DNA from: Patescibacteria group bacterium
GTDB taxonomy: Bacteria > Patescibacteriota > UBA1384 > JACPKC01
Length of the DNA: 64,000 nt
NCBI GenBank assembly: GCA_050944875.1
Contig: JBMNRW010000001.1
Location: 12,526-76,525 of the forward strand
Direction: 5' to 3'
The notes beneath the pieces were generated by a model. That model saw only the letters and a list, made by a program, of their open reading frames with translations. It had not been told where the DNA came from and searched no databases. The translations under genes and the position numbers were made by a program. Below are positions 9,586 to 18,489 of this stretch, one piece after another (within the stretch, counting starts at the first letter, position 1; each line of letters begins with the position of its first letter).

Positions 9586-9687
9586 TTACTGGTCGCGCTT
9601 GTCGGCCCGGAACATCAGTCCCGAAACCAATGCGACGAATCCTAGGAACCCGCCGACGATCGCGAGTGTCGTCTGCGCTTCATCCAT
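9586..9687 (-). CDS. Small single-TM peptide (33 aa), MDEAQTTLAIVGGFLGFVALVSGLMFRADKRDQ
   Basis: Below the ORF-track cutoff; GGAGGT RBS, hydrophobic core, hairpin ACCGGCCA...TGGCCGGT with U-tract downstream (9558-9579). Confidence 0.65.
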   Translation of the reverse strand: MDEAQTTLAIVGGFLGFVALVSGLMFRADKRDQ

Positions 9688-9779
9688 TCGATCTACCTCC
9701 CTTCCTCGGTATTCTCGTGAATCGAACAGGTGTTTATACTCCTGGTAATTGGAAAAGTCAATGAAGGCAGGAGTGCAGG

Positions 9780-10100
9780 ATGATTACCTACGACGACTTC
9801 GCGAAGCTTGAGATACAAATAGGGACGATTACCGCGGCTGAGAAAGTGGAGGGCGCCGACAAGCTTCTGAAGCTTACCGTTGATTTCGGCAGCGAGACGC
9901 GCCAGATCGTGTCTGGCATCGCCAAGTGGTATGCGCCGGAAGCACTCGTCGGGACGCAGTCGCCGTTCCTCATTAATCTCGAGCCACGGACGATCCGGGG
10001 TATCGAGAGCCAGGGGATGATCCTGGCAACAGGCCTCGATGACCGGGCGGTGCTCCTCCGCCCCACTGAACCGGTGCCGAGCGGCGCGGAAGTCCGCTAG
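9780..10100 (+). CDS. Stand-alone tRNA-binding OB domain (MetRS C-terminal/Trbp111/CsaA family)
   Basis: ITYDDFAKLEI, ADKLLKL, RQIVSGI, NLEPR, ESQGMIL. Confidence 0.92.
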   Translation: MITYDDFAKLEIQIGTITAAEKVEGADKLLKLTVDFGSETRQIVSGIAKWYAPEALVGTQSPFLINLEPRTIRGIESQGMILATGLDDRAVLLRPTEPVPSGAEVR

Positions 10101-10107
10101 ACGTGAA

Positions 10108-10134
10108 GAAGACCTGGCACGAGCCAGGTCTTCT
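10108..10134. terminator. Terminator hairpin between convergent genes
   Basis: AGAAGACCTGG...CCAGGTCTTCT. Confidence 0.7.
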
Positions 10135-10143
10135 AAGTTGTGA

Positions 10144-11031
10144 CTACTCCGCGTAGAGGAAGTTGGTTGCCCACTCCTCGATCGCGGGGCGGTCGGCGAA
10201 CGGCCGGAAGCCGAGGCTGCCTCGACCGCGGAGTTCGATCCGCTGCCGACCGCCGTTCGTAAGAACTACGTACGGCTCACAGAAGCAGAATTTGAGTATC
10301 CAAGCCGTGATCACCTCGGCGAGCTCCTCGTCCAGCGCCGCCGGCATGGGGCCGTACACACCATCATTTTTCTGTAGTGGCATGAGCTCGGCCGGATCGG
10401 ACCAGTAGTTCGAGGAGTAATAGGAGATTGGTGACAACTTTTGCTCTGCCATGAGTCGAGCGAAGTCGATGATCGCCGGCTCAAATCGCTCCTGACTCCA
10501 CGACGCGCCGATCAGTACGTGGGCGAAATCGTGCACGAGGGCGTGGAGCAGGATGAGCTTCGTCACTTCCTGACTCGCGAACTCTTCAGGTAGTCGGTTG
10601 AGTGCCACCGTGTACCCGGTGCTTGGTGCCCAGAAGAAGCTGCCGGGGATGATATGGGTTAGCCCGAGCGTTTGGTCCGGGTATATGGTCAGCCCGATTT
10701 GGGCATTCTTGCTGTCTCGGTGCAGGTACACCGTCCTGCCGCCTTGGACAGCATGGAGTACCGGAAGAATGCGCCTCTGCGCCGGTTCAGGAAAGGCAGC
10801 AAGCGCCTGCCAGTACCGGTCAAGTTCGAACTGTCCAGCGAGCTCCTCTGCGCCACTGAGCTGCACATGTTCTGCGCCCTGCGGCCCCTTCGCGAACTGC
10901 TGGAAGCGGGCGACCTTGCGCATGAGCTCGGCCTTCTCGCGTTCCAGCCAGTCGCGCATCGGCGCCAGGTCGAAGCGTTTATCGAGCGTTGTTATTGTCA
11001 AGGAACCACGTCCCTTCTCAGGTTGTTTCAC
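10144..11031 (-). CDS. Hypothetical protein, zincin-like metal-binding motif variant
   Basis: 295-aa ORF; HDFAH (HExxH-like) followed by SYYS...EELAE; start uncertain. Confidence 0.65.
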   Translation of the reverse strand: MKQPEKGRGSLTITTLDKRFDLAPMRDWLEREKAELMRKVARFQQFAKGPQGAEHVQLSGAEELAGQFELDRYWQALAAFPEPAQRRILPVLHAVQGGRTVYLHRDSKNAQIGLTIYPDQTLGLTHIIPGSFFWAPSTGYTVALNRLPEEFASQEVTKLILLHALVHDFAHVLIGASWSQERFEPAIIDFARLMAEQKLSPISYYSSNYWSDPAELMPLQKNDGVYGPMPAALDEELAEVITAWILKFCFCEPYVVLTNGGRQRIELRGRGSLGFRPFADRPAIEEWATNFLYAE

Positions 11032-11083
11032 CGTTTCGCAACGTGCGAGCGATGAACGCGAGAGTATGCCGGATTACTTCCGA

Positions 11084-12292
11084 TCAGTCAACTACTCTGC
11101 CTGTGGTTGTTGGATGTGTATTGGTCTCGGTCACTCGGAAGATGAGTGCGCCGACGAAGAGGATTGTCCCCGTGACAATGAACGCGGTGCGGAGGTCGTA
11201 GTCGCCAACCGTCGCGAGGAGTGGACGCATGACCGCCGCATAGACGCTCACGAAGAGTGCGATGATCGAGAGCGTCGTTGCGCGGTTTTCGCTCGGGATG
11301 TGCCGGTTCATGTAGTCGGCGAAGACGGGATCCCGCCGGTTACCGGCGGCATCGTTCAGAATGAAGACGAGAATCGCGAGTCCTGGCGTAGCGGTGAACG
11401 CCAAGCCGATCCATGCCAGCGCCGGGAGCATGGTCACGACGAGCGTCGTTCTCATGACACCGAACCGCTGGTCGAGTTTATGGGCGACGAGCTTTGCCGC
11501 CAGCGCTGCCAGTGTTGCGACCGCGACGGCAGTACCGAGCCAGCTCGACGGGGTATTGAGCGACTGGAAGTACGGTGGCGCGAGGCGGTACAGGAGAACG
11601 GAGAACGGCATGGTGAACGCGGAGAGAAGGACAAGGCGGCGGAGCGCACCGTTGTTCCGGAGGAGACGGAAGCCTTCAGTGAAGTTCCGCACAGCCCGTT
11701 CGAGTCCAGGGAGCTGTCGTCTCGAGATGCGCTGCGGTGATTCCTTGACCGTCGAGAGGATGACGAGGGCGATGACTTGTGCACCAGCGGTGAGGAGGAA
11801 GAGTTGGTAGTACTCGTCAAGGCTCTGATTGCTCGCGAGTATGCCAGCGACGAGGCTTGCGATCGCGGTGCCGACGAGCGGCCACGCGCCGTACATACCC
11901 ATAATCCGCTGCATGTCACCCGTGCGCCCAGCCTACTTGAGGTCGTCGTAGATGAGCGCCTGGTCGGAGCCGGAGCTGAAGGCGAGGCCAAGTCCAATGA
12001 GGGCGTGGGCGACAGCGAACTCAATAAAGCTCGAGCCGAGGAGCCATGGGATCCAGCTGAGAAGAATCACGACATTGCCAAGAATGAGGCTCGTTTTCCG
12101 GCCGAGGATGTCGCCGATGATCCCGGTCGGGACTTCGAAGATGATCGCGCTCACCAGGAGGATGGATTCGAGCCAGAGAACGTCGGCGAGCGAGAAGCCG
12201 AGCGCCTGGAAGAAGAGCGGCTGGATCGCGATGCCGAAGTACAGGAACATGAACAACCGCGAGAGCGTCAGTCTGCGGATTGCCGAAGTCAC
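11084..12292 (-). pseudogene. MFS transporter interrupted by a single in-frame TAG
   Basis: GTG at 12292; FEVPTGIIGDILGRK and SGSDQALIYD motifs; TAG at 11933-11935 is in frame with the downstream half (IPSENRATTLS); 403 codons in total. Confidence 0.85.
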
Positions 12293-12351
12293 TACTTCCC
12301 TCCTCTGCGTAGGTCCAGTATGGCCGATATCAGCCGAACGCGGAATTGCGC

Positions 12352-12792
12352 CTACCGCTGTGCGCGGAGGTACTCGCGCCAGTTGTCTTTGAGCCAACGC
12401 TTCTCGAATTTCAGTACGTCACCGAGGCCGCGCTGCCGGAGCTCACGGTCGACCACTCCCCCTTTGTGTGGGTGGCTGTAGAGTTGGGGATTCGGTCCGC
12501 CGAAGCCGTGCGCGTAGTGGACGAGCTCGTGGGCGATGACGCCGCGGACGACATCATCGGGAATCGCAGGGTCTTTGAAGTACCCGGTCATCGTAATAAT
12601 CGACCGGCGCTGCGTGGAGCCGTCTGGGTGTTTGACGGCCTTGCGCCCCCACTTAATTGAACCAAGTCGGGTGGCTGCTCGGCGGCCGAACTTGATCCTC
12701 ACGTCGTTCGGCTGCGGCACGTCAGAAAAATGCCGGTACCAGAGCTGAGCCAGCGTTTCCTCGAGCCACGCGTTGTCTCGCTCCTCCTGCAT
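12352..12792 (-). CDS. SprT-like Zn metalloprotease domain protein
   Basis: RLGSI, VIAHELVHYAH, downstream HPH; TACACT 7 nt before the ATG. Confidence 0.8.
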   Translation of the reverse strand: MQEERDNAWLEETLAQLWYRHFSDVPQPNDVRIKFGRRAATRLGSIKWGRKAVKHPDGSTQRRSIITMTGYFKDPAIPDDVVRGVIAHELVHYAHGFGGPNPQLYSHPHKGGVVDRELRQRGLGDVLKFEKRWLKDNWREYLRAQR

Positions 12793-12860
12793 CGGAGAGA
12801 GTGTAACACAGGAGGAAATTCCCCTGCGTTTTTCTTCTCATCTGCGGAAAAATAAAAAAG

Positions 12861-12885
12861 AACCCCGCATGCGTAGTGCGGGGTT
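12861..12885 (-). terminator. Intrinsic terminator
   Basis: AACCCCGCA...TGCGGGGTT followed by a U-rich tract on the minus strand. Confidence 0.75.
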
Positions 12886-12909
12886 AAAGAAGGACGGCGC
12901 CAGCGCAGC

Positions 12910-13227
12910 TTAGCCGAGCGACGCGATGAGACGCTCCTCCAGTGCGTGCTCGATCGGTGCGCCATGCAGGTGGTCGTGCTCGACTTCGGTAAGTTCGCCG
13001 TTGCGGTATCGGAATACGGCGGCGAACTTACATCGCTCAACAGGGATGTTAATGGCTTCGGCGATATCGAGCGTGCTCCACCCGAGGCGTGGACCGACGA
13101 CCGCGAAGGGCGTCATCCCGATGGTGAACACCACCACCGCTAGCTCGTAGCCAGCTTTGGCGCGGATGAGCGAGAGCAGGTCAGTGAGGTTACCCTCGTG
13201 AGCCTTGTTCGCGACAATAATCTGCAT
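12910..13227 (-). CDS. Hypothetical protein (105 aa)
   Basis: GGAGG RBS, AT-rich promoter region upstream, terminator downstream. Confidence 0.7.
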   Translation of the reverse strand: MQIIVANKAHEGNLTDLLSLIRAKAGYELAVVVFTIGMTPFAVVGPRLGWSTLDIAEAINIPVERCKFAAVFRYRNGELTEVEHDHLHGAPIEHALEERLIASLG

Positions 13228-13329
13228 CTATCCGTGCCTCCATTCTGTAAAGTGGAAATATACTATACGATTAACATGAATTAATCAATATTTGGTTCAT
13301 ACTGTATTACACGAGTATAAGTGAACTTG

Positions 13330-14514
13330 TCATGTTCTTGGATCGATGTAATAGGTTGTCTTGTGCCATTCTTCAGGTAGGTAGCCGAGCGCGTCCTTGT
13401 TCCCTTTCCCGTAGCCGAACTCTTTCATGAGTTTCGTCGGGGCATTGCGAAGGTGGAGCGGGATCTCGGGCACGGTCTTCGCCTGGATATCGTGGATCGC
13501 CGTATCGATGCCGTCGATGACCGCACGGCTCTTCCGGGCGGTCGCGAGGTAGGTGGCGCACTGCGCGAGCATGAGGCGAGCTTCCGGGTAGCCGGTCATG
13601 TGGACGGCCTGCATCGTCGCGGTCGCGAGGACGAGCGCGGTCGGCTGGGCGTTGCCGACGTCCTCGGCAGCGAAGATGACCATCCGCCGCGCGATGAAGA
13701 GCGGGTCCTCCCCTGCCTCGACCATGCGTGCTAGGTAGTGGAGCGTGGCGTTCGCGTCCGAGCCGCGCATGCTCTTAATAAACGCGGAGATCGTGTCGTA
13801 GTGCCCTTCGCCACCCTGGTCGTACCGCAGGGTTTTCCGCTGCACCGCCTGTTCCATCGTGCGCAGGTCGATTGTAGTTGCGAGCGTCAAGGCGACTTCG
13901 AGCGTGCCGAGGAGCGTGCGGGCGTCGCCGTCCGCTGAGGCGATGAGGTACTCGGCCGCCTCCTTCTTGAGCTTGTGTTCGGGGTAGAGCTTGAGCGCGC
14001 GGCGGACGAGCTCGTGGAGTGCTTTATGTCCCAGGGGTTCAAGCTTCATGACGCGCATCCGTGAGAGGAGCGGCGCGTTTACTTTGAAGCTCGGGTTTTC
14101 CGTCGTCGCACCGACGAGCGTCACGACGCCGCTCTCGACTGCGTGGAGCAGTGCGTCCTGCTGGGCGCTGTTGAACCGGTGGATCTCGTCGATGAAGAGG
14201 ACGGGCGTCGGTTCGTTCAAGCGGCGCATGCCGGCGGCGCGCTCAAGGATGGCGCGGACGTCCTTCACAGTGCCGTCGATAGCGGAGAGCTGCTCGAACG
14301 GCCGTTTGAGCTCGCTAGCGAGGATTCGCGCGAGCGTCGTCTTCCCGGTGCCGGGTGGTCCCCAGAAGAGGATGCTCGGGAGCTGTCCGGCCTTAAGAAG
14401 TCGTGTCAGCGCCTGGTCTCTGCCGATTAGGTGTTCCTGGCCGACAACGGCCTTCAGTGTCGCCGGCCGCATGCGCTCGGCGAGGGGCTTGTGTTCGGTG
14501 TTTGTTCGCTCCAT
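13330..14514 (-). CDS. rarA: Replication-associated recombination protein A (MgsA/RarA AAA+)
   Basis: PLAERMRP, GPPGTGKTT, FIDEIHRF, GATTENP, ISAFIKSMRGSD, IPLHLRNAPTKLMK. Confidence 0.97.
   Translation of the reverse strand: MERTNTEHKPLAERMRPATLKAVVGQEHLIGRDQALTRLLKAGQLPSILFWGPPGTGKTTLARILASELKRPFEQLSAIDGTVKDVRAILERAAGMRRLNEPTPVLFIDEIHRFNSAQQDALLHAVESGVVTLVGATTENPSFKVNAPLLSRMRVMKLEPLGHKALHELVRRALKLYPEHKLKKEAAEYLIASADGDARTLLGTLEVALTLATTIDLRTMEQAVQRKTLRYDQGGEGHYDTISAFIKSMRGSDANATLHYLARMVEAGEDPLFIARRMVIFAAEDVGNAQPTALVLATATMQAVHMTGYPEARLMLAQCATYLATARKSRAVIDGIDTAIHDIQAKTVPEIPLHLRNAPTKLMKEFGYGKGNKDALGYLPEEWHKTTYYIDPRT
14493..14507. promoter_or_regulatory. Putative LexA operator inside the start of rarA
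   Basis: GTTC-GGTGTTT-GTTC; spacer differs by 1 nt from the lexA and dinB sites. Confidence 0.75.
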
Positions 14515-14595
14515 ACGGCTATACTATACCGTTTAGAGTGGGTTTTCCAAGACTTCCTGTGGATAATACTTAATCTGCTAATTGTATTTTGTCGC

Positions 14596-14624
14596 TTGAC
14601 AAATGTGAAAAACTATGGTACTGT
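14596..14624 (+). promoter_or_regulatory. Sigma70-type promoter of the SLT gene
   Basis: TTGACA-17 bp-TACTGT with extended TG; DnaA-box 9-mer TGTGGATAA at 14558-14566. Confidence 0.75.
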
Positions 14625-14736
14625 ACGTTCGTTCCCTGGAAGAGGGGTTTTTCTTTTAGAGAAACCAAGTCAACGCGAATCCCGGTTAATACCCGGGGTG
14701 GTAGCTACCAGGGAAGGGCAGAACGCCCAGAATCCA

Positions 14737-15507
14737 ATGCGCATCTATGACCTGTTTAGGAGGGTCAAGAACGCTCTTGGAGCACAGAACGTAACACTTC
14801 GACGCATCGGCGCGTCTGCGCACCTCGCGGTGTCGCTAACCTTGCCGGTGCAGGGTACGCCGCTCACGATGGAGCAGCTCTTCGCGCCGCGAGTTTCGGC
14901 TCAGGTTGAGGAGACGGCTGCTGAGAATGAGCAGGGTACCCGCCGTCAGCTGGTCCTCTCGACCGATCTCCTGCCGGAGCTCATCCGCCTCGCGGAAGAG
15001 CCGAAGCCGGCGATTACGGTTACGGAGTCGCGCGCCGACGAACGCGCCCGCAAGGAGCGTGAGGAAGCGGCGAAGCACGCCCGAGCCGCAGCGATCCGGT
15101 CGCAGACCGTGACCACTACCGGCACGCCGAGCGCCACCCCGGCGGATGTCCCGTTTGAGGTAAAGCGCGCACTCGCTGTGCAGGCGGCAGCTGCGTACGG
15201 TATTGATTGGCGGATTGTGGAAGCAGTCTGGCAGATTGAGTCCGGGAAGCGCTGGAAGACCGATGTTCGGTCGAGCGCTGGCGCCCAGGGTCCGATGCAG
15301 TTCATGCCCGGTACCTGGCGAGCCTACGCAGTGGACGGGAACGGTGACGGTGTCGCCGATATCACGGACGCCCGTGACGCGGTGTTCGCCGGCGCCCGGT
15401 ACCTCGCTGCGAACGGTGCCGCAACCAACGTCGACAACGCGCTCTTCCGGTACAACCACGCGCAGTGGTACGTCGACAAGGTGAAGGCGCTCGCCTATTC
15501 ACTCTAA
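14737..15507 (+). CDS. Lytic transglycosylase (SLT domain) with coiled-coil stalk
   Basis: AVWQIES (catalytic Glu), SSAGAQGPMQFMPGTW, YLAA, ALFRYNHA; start at MRIYDL inferred from the promoter. Confidence 0.88.
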   Translation: MRIYDLFRRVKNALGAQNVTLRRIGASAHLAVSLTLPVQGTPLTMEQLFAPRVSAQVEETAAENEQGTRRQLVLSTDLLPELIRLAEEPKPAITVTESRADERARKEREEAAKHARAAAIRSQTVTTTGTPSATPADVPFEVKRALAVQAAAAYGIDWRIVEAVWQIESGKRWKTDVRSSAGAQGPMQFMPGTWRAYAVDGNGDGVADITDARDAVFAGARYLAANGAATNVDNALFRYNHAQWYVDKVKALAYSL

Positions 15508-15530
15508 GCGCATGAGACAGGAGGTATACA

Positions 15531-15560
15531 GGAGAGAGCCCGATCGGGCTCTCTCCTTTG
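15531..15560 (+). terminator. Intrinsic terminator
   Basis: GGAGAGAGCCCGATCGGGCTCTCTCC then TTTGTTT. Confidence 0.8.
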
Positions 15561-15570
15561 TTTGACGTGC

Positions 15571-16734
15571 TTACGTGGTGGCAGGTGGCGGTACGGGCAC
15601 CTCGGTGTGCTTGACGTACTCCAGGCGGTCCGGCGGAATGACCTGGAACCACGTCGTACCGGCGACGAGTGGAATCTCTTTCTCATCGGCGCCGCGGAGC
15701 GTCAGCATCGTGTCCTTACGCTCTTTGCGCCAGGTTCCCTCGACGAAGGCGCCGTTCTGGAAGACGAGCGCCTTCCCTGACCCTTCCGTCGTGAAGGTGT
15801 ACTCGCCTTTGCCTTGGTTTGTGTTCGCGTTGTAGCTCCGGTCGACGACGAGGACGACGACGTTCTTCGCGTCGATCTGGTCGCCAGTGACCGCGTCTTT
15901 ATGCGGCGCGCCAGCCATCGTTCGGAGGTAGCGGTTCTCGTCGCGGCTGTAGAGCCACTCCGCCTTGTACGTGTTCGTCGAGTAGTCGACGGTGACGTTG
16001 GCGTCCTGCGGTCGCCGTTCGAGCGGTGCCTCATCGGTGAACGCCATCGGCGTGAAGTCGGCGACAAGCGACGCGCCCTTCTCGCCTGCAAACTCCCAGA
16101 GCTTGTCGGACGTCGTGAAGAGCGTGTGCTCGCTCGCGACACCCGCCTTCGGTTCGCGGAAGAAGTAGGCTGCGGTGTGTGGGAGGTCGGTCACGACGCT
16201 CCCGAGTTGGTCGATAAGCGCGAGGCCGCCTTGGCTGCCGCCCGCGTGCGCGTAGAGCGCCTTGTACCCTGCTGCCCAGCTCACGTACTGCGTGCGAGCC
16301 GACCGGACCGGACCGACTTTCTCCGCCTTCTGGTGCGTGAAGAGCGCCATGAAGCGGGTGATGCCGCCTTCGACGATCGCTTCCCAGACGACGTTCGCGT
16401 CGGCGAGCCCGGCTTGCGGCCGTGCTTCGGGGTGGTTCTCGACCATGACCGCGAGCGGGCGCTTCTTCGCGGCTTCTTCGCTGACTTGGACACCATCGAG
16501 GAGCGACGCGACGGTCTTCGGCGTTTCAACTTCGATTGCTGGGGCGGGCGCGTCGGCTACAGGCGGGGCTGACCGCTCAGTGCGGAAATAGCGTGTGTAG
16601 GCGGCAGCGCCGGCTGCGACCACGACAATGCTCGCTGCGACGAGCGCCATCGACGTTCGCCCCTTGGGGCTCTTGAAGAACGCGCTCAAGCGTTCGAGGG
16701 GGCGTTGCTGTGCGGATAGTGGGCTGGAAACCAT
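15571..16734 (-). CDS. DUF3048 (YerB-like) membrane-anchored protein
   Basis: RPLAVMVEN, ARPQAGL, VEGGITRF, VGPVRSAR, HAGGS; N-terminal TM. Confidence 0.9.
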   Translation of the reverse strand: MVSSPLSAQQRPLERLSAFFKSPKGRTSMALVAASIVVVAAGAAAYTRYFRTERSAPPVADAPAPAIEVETPKTVASLLDGVQVSEEAAKKRPLAVMVENHPEARPQAGLADANVVWEAIVEGGITRFMALFTHQKAEKVGPVRSARTQYVSWAAGYKALYAHAGGSQGGLALIDQLGSVVTDLPHTAAYFFREPKAGVASEHTLFTTSDKLWEFAGEKGASLVADFTPMAFTDEAPLERRPQDANVTVDYSTNTYKAEWLYSRDENRYLRTMAGAPHKDAVTGDQIDAKNVVVLVVDRSYNANTNQGKGEYTFTTEGSGKALVFQNGAFVEGTWRKERKDTMLTLRGADEKEIPLVAGTTWFQVIPPDRLEYVKHTEVPVPPPATT

Positions 16735-16744
16735 AGGCTGCTCC

Positions 16745-17833
16745 TTACTTTGCGTGTTTGTGGTAGAGCAGCCAAATGTCGCTCAGAACGGTGCCGAAGC
16801 CAACGAGCCAGGTCGCGAAACCGAGGAACGCGCCGAGCACTGGGACGAGGCTGACGAGTCTGATCACGAACCCGCCGAGCGCGAGGGCGAGGAGGGGTGA
16901 CCACTGCTTCTTCGTGAGGAGGTCGCCAACCCAGATGCTCGTGACGATGTTCCCCAGGAACGCGACAATGCCGAGCACTGCCAGCTCAACGAACGCGAGC
17001 GGAACCGTGACGACGAGGACGAGCGAGAGGATGAAGAGCGCTGGTGCGACGAGGAGCGTTGCGAGGCCAATGAGGAGTGACTGGCCAGGCTGTGCGTAGG
17101 CGTGTTCACGGAGCGCAGTGAGCATCTTGGGTGCAAGAAGGATGAGGAAGGTGCCGAGGACGATGAGGACTATATAGCTGTACAGTTGGCCGAGGAAGTT
17201 CGCGGCGGCCGCCGTTGCTCCTGGATCGGCTGGCGTGCTCGCTGGCGCTGCCTGTAGGTTTACTGTTCCAGCAACTGTCGCCCCTTCCGCACGGACAAGC
17301 GGTTTCGTCGTCGTCCCGGTGACTGCCCCGCCAATCCTGGCGTTATCGCCGAGCGCGAGTGACTCGGACTGGACAGTGACGTTGCCGTCGACCGTCCCAT
17401 CGATTCGTGTCGTTCCGGCGTAGATCTGCACATTGCCACGAACGCTGCCGGTCTGGTCGACCGTGCCGGCGAAGGCGAGGATATCGCCCTCGATAATAGC
17501 GCTCTTCTCGACGATGAGCGTGCCGGCGGCCGCGAAAAGGTCGCCTTTCACCCTGCCGGTAATGCGTACCGATCGGCCGGCGACGACGGCATTGCCGTCG
17601 ACGGTGTTGTCGATGCTGACTTCGCTCCCGGCGAGGAACGCGTCATTGGCGACTGTCCCGCGGATACTGACATCACTTCCACCGGCAAGGACGGTGTCCT
17701 CGACAGTCGTCCCAGCCTCGACGCGGACGTTGCCTGCGCTGTTCGGTTCAAGAATGGTGAACGCCTGGGCGGCGCCGACGGTAAGTGTGAGCGCGACGCC
17801 GAGCGTGGCGAGCGCACTAAACCAATGTCGCAT
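16745..17833 (-). CDS. Bactofilin-like beta-helix protein with C-terminal multi-TM domain
   Basis: Signal peptide, repeated AG.xV.I.G.V.GD units, several C-terminal TM helices. Confidence 0.85.
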   Translation of the reverse strand: MRHWFSALATLGVALTLTVGAAQAFTILEPNSAGNVRVEAGTTVEDTVLAGGSDVSIRGTVANDAFLAGSEVSIDNTVDGNAVVAGRSVRITGRVKGDLFAAAGTLIVEKSAIIEGDILAFAGTVDQTGSVRGNVQIYAGTTRIDGTVDGNVTVQSESLALGDNARIGGAVTGTTTKPLVRAEGATVAGTVNLQAAPASTPADPGATAAAANFLGQLYSYIVLIVLGTFLILLAPKMLTALREHAYAQPGQSLLIGLATLLVAPALFILSLVLVVTVPLAFVELAVLGIVAFLGNIVTSIWVGDLLTKKQWSPLLALALGGFVIRLVSLVPVLGAFLGFATWLVGFGTVLSDIWLLYHKHAK

Positions 17834-17883
17834 AGAGGCCCTCCTTAGTACTTCACCACCTAGTATACCACGGAGGTGACAGG

Positions 17884-18426
17884 CTATTCGGCGGTGTAGA
17901 ACTCTGTGTTCTTGAGGAGGATTCGCTCGATTGGTCGGAGTGCGCGGCTGCCGAACCGTTCGAGCTCAGAGAGCGGCTTAATGAGGACGGTGTGCATGCC
18001 AGCGAGCTTGCCGCCGAGCACGTCAGCCAGGAGGAGGTCGCCGAGGATGACCGTCTCGTGCGGCGGTGTCTCCATCCGCTTCGCAGCGCTCCGGAGGGCA
18101 AACGGAAACGGTTTCAGGAAGAAGCCAGTCCCCACGGCTGGAATGCCGAGCACTTTTGTCCGGGTGCGGAGTCGCTCAAAGTCCGCCGGGGCGATCTTGT
18201 TCGACACGATGGTGAGTCGTTTGGCCCCGAATACCGTCACCCATCGCTTCAGGAGTACTTGGATGTCATCGCTGATGACGGACTCGGCGTCGGTAATGAG
18301 GGTATTGTCGAAGTCAAAGATGCAGGCGCGGACGCCGCGTGCATACAAGCGCTTCGGGTCAACGACGGCGAGCGATGGGGCGTACTCGTCCGGCAGGTAC
18401 CAAGCTCGGTGCGGTTTACGTGTCAT
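17884..18426 (-). CDS. YqeG-family HAD IIIA phosphatase
   Basis: FDFDNTL, IVSN, KP, GDLLLADVLGG. Confidence 0.88.
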   Translation of the reverse strand: MTRKPHRAWYLPDEYAPSLAVVDPKRLYARGVRACIFDFDNTLITDAESVISDDIQVLLKRWVTVFGAKRLTIVSNKIAPADFERLRTRTKVLGIPAVGTGFFLKPFPFALRSAAKRMETPPHETVILGDLLLADVLGGKLAGMHTVLIKPLSELERFGSRALRPIERILLKNTEFYTAE

Positions 18427-18489
18427 CAGGAGGAGTATACCGAACAGGGACCCCGGATGGGATCCCTGTCGACAGTTGGTCGGTTTCGG

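Noticed and set aside
14631-14736. Assignment as a c-di-AMP (ydaO) riboswitch
   Set aside because: The conserved ydaO sequence blocks could not be identified by eye; kept only as an unclassified structured leader.
18440-18460. Fourth LexA site upstream of the yqeG-like gene (GAAC-AGGGACC-CCGG)
   Set aside because: The second half-site is absent.
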